Source: Marsupella aquatica
Lineage: Eukaryota > Plantae > Marchantiophyta
Length of the DNA: 64,000 nucleotides
Assembly (NCBI GenBank): GCA_973895155.1
Contig: OZ316894.1
Location: forward strand, 17,514,563-17,578,562
Direction of reading: 5' to 3'
Of this stretch, positions 62,509 through 64,000 are shown piece by piece (the first letter of the stretch is position 1; every line of letters starts with the position of its first letter). The notes under the pieces are model-generated. The model was not told the DNA's origin and did no database searches. It worked only from the letters and a program-made list of their open reading frames with translations. Made by a program: the position numbers and the translations under genes.

Positions 62509-62970
62509 ATGGCTTCTTCTAGCCAGGTTGGGTCACATAACACTGCATATACAACAGAGGCAGACAACCTGAGAAGTTTACCTCTTTCCCATCCACGTCA
62601 AATACAGCGTCGTGATGATAACTTATGGGCTCGGGAACAGACAACTTGCTCTGGTAGTGCTGATCATAGAATGTATTGCTCTTGCATGGAATGCAAAGGG
62701 ATTGTTAAGACTACTCGAAAGACCAGTCGACAACATCTTCTTAAATATGGCCGCTACCCTGCCTGTCGAGTGTGGGTAGGAGAGGGTGAAGACTCTTTTG
62801 ATGAGGAGTGGAGATCCAATTACATCCGTAACTCTGGTCCAGAGGCACTGAGGGCAGGAATGTCTCGAGAGGCATTCCACTCAGGCCAGCCATCAATAGA
62901 TGTTGAAGAGCAGGTCAGAGTTTTACTTCAGGAGACATTGGCAAGAGCTTCTAAAGAGTCTGACGAATAT
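62509..62970 (+). pseudogene. 5' part of CACTA TnpD/Tnp2 transposase (transposase-associated domain), interrupted by a nested CACTA
   Basis: MYCSCMECKG...RQHLLKYGRYPACRVWVGEGE matches the C-C-x2-C...HL---G---Y--W--HGE pattern at the N-terminus of En/Spm transposases. Confidence 0.75.
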
Positions 62971-64000
62971 CACTACAACACTACCTACACCTTTTGCAAA
63001 CTTGAAAGCATCGCAAACAACAAAGGAAATCGAAAAACAAAACTCGCCTTTGTGAAGTATCGCGCATCGCAATAGAATCGCGAACTGCAAAGCCCAAAGG
63101 TTCGCATCCGGTCTTTTGCAAGACCTTCGCAAGCCCTTTGCAACTTGCGACACGAATAGAATCGCAAAGGACTCACATTTAAGCAACTCCATGGGCATCG
63201 CGATAGGCTTGCGATAATAATCGATCAGTTCCATATTTGCGATTCCACGAGTTTGGTAATATTTTTGCGATATTCAATGAATGGTTGTTATGCCATGAAG
63301 ATCGCTTCGCATTTGTGTGAAGTTATGTGGTTCGCATAATGTTTGCGATACCTTTAGTATGGTAAATATGCGATTTGGGTTGTTCGCATATGTTTTGCAA
63401 GCTGTCTTGAGGCTAGGATTTAGATTTAGAGTTTTGAACTATGGTTGGGGTCTTGTTGTCCAACACGGAGAATGAGGTCTGAATCAAAATTGCTTTATAG
63501 AAAATTGATAGGTACACAGAAATTAGGGTTTCCTAAACCCTAAACCCTAGATGGGTGTCATATGACAAGCTAGGTCCCTATAAGACTACCCATATCAAAA
63601 CTATATACTACACTAAGTAAATGGGCATCCCATGGGCACTACACCACCAAGCTCTAGCACTAGTACATTTTGAGGCATTTTACCGATTGTATTTCCATCG
63701 GACGCCTTCTAGAAATCCGACGCGGAAATCTCACCTGTCTGATACCAAAAAGAATCGCATTTTCCGATATACTTTTTATCGGAAAATGACAATCGGAAAC
63801 TAATCAGAACTACCGATACCAAAACATTCGGGAGTTCCATCGTCTAAACTGTCGGGAAACACTATGTCCGATGCCCGCTTAATCGGATGTCTGTTCCACG
63901 CATTTTCTGTTAATGGAGGCGTTCGATTCTAGACCGATATTCTGGACATGGAAATGCCCGATTGTTTTAACATCGGAATTGTCCGATGTTATTTGGAACG
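62971..64000 (+). mobile_element. Second CACTA element nested in the first; right end not seen
   Basis: CACTACAACA at 62971 followed by dense tcgcaa/ttgcga subterminal motifs up to about 63400; abrupt compositional switch within the transposase ORF. Confidence 0.78.

Larger units (their letters stand above)
54542..64000 (+). mobile_element. Large CACTA (En/Spm) transposon, left end and interior; right end not seen in the window
   Basis: Starts CACTAGTAGAAAA, followed by very dense aatgac/gtcatt subterminal motifs, internal long repeats, and a transposase-associated domain at 62509. Confidence 0.85.

Noticed and set aside
63736-63748. Reverse-strand tRNA-Met primer-binding site (tctgatacca)
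   Set aside because: No adjacent LTR end; it lies among tccgat-type subterminal motifs.

Overview
Eukaryotic, intron-rich nuclear DNA from a non-seed land plant, most likely a liverwort. This is inferred from the intron-containing microbial-type terpene synthases, plant transposon families and TTTAGGG repeats. The left part holds an approximately 18-exon GPI inositol-deacylase (PGAP1/BST1-like) gene at 6164-15056, possibly head-to-head with another gene. The rest is a transposon-rich region built on an approximately 7-8 kb segmental duplication (16153-23233 and 44872-53037). Each copy carries an intact four-exon microbial terpene synthase-like (MTPSL) gene of 452 aa, and the two differ at several active-site positions. 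Between and after the copies are: (1) an intact two-ORF PIF/Harbinger-superfamily element with 17-bp TIRs and an unusual ATT target duplication, whose empty site is visible in the other copy; (2) a layered nest of CACTA end, solo LTR and an 8-bp-TSD DNA element; (3) a decayed Ty1/copia element lacking its 5' LTR; (4) a Tourist-like MITE; (5) a large CACTA element starting at 54542. The most striking observation is that this CACTA element carries, upstream of its transposase start, a stand-alone EDM2-like composite PHD cassette and a second Cys-rich ORF. Each ORF sits just behind its own splice acceptor, suggesting a transposon-encoded chromatin-reader module. All family assignments come from motif recognition by eye; no database searches were run.
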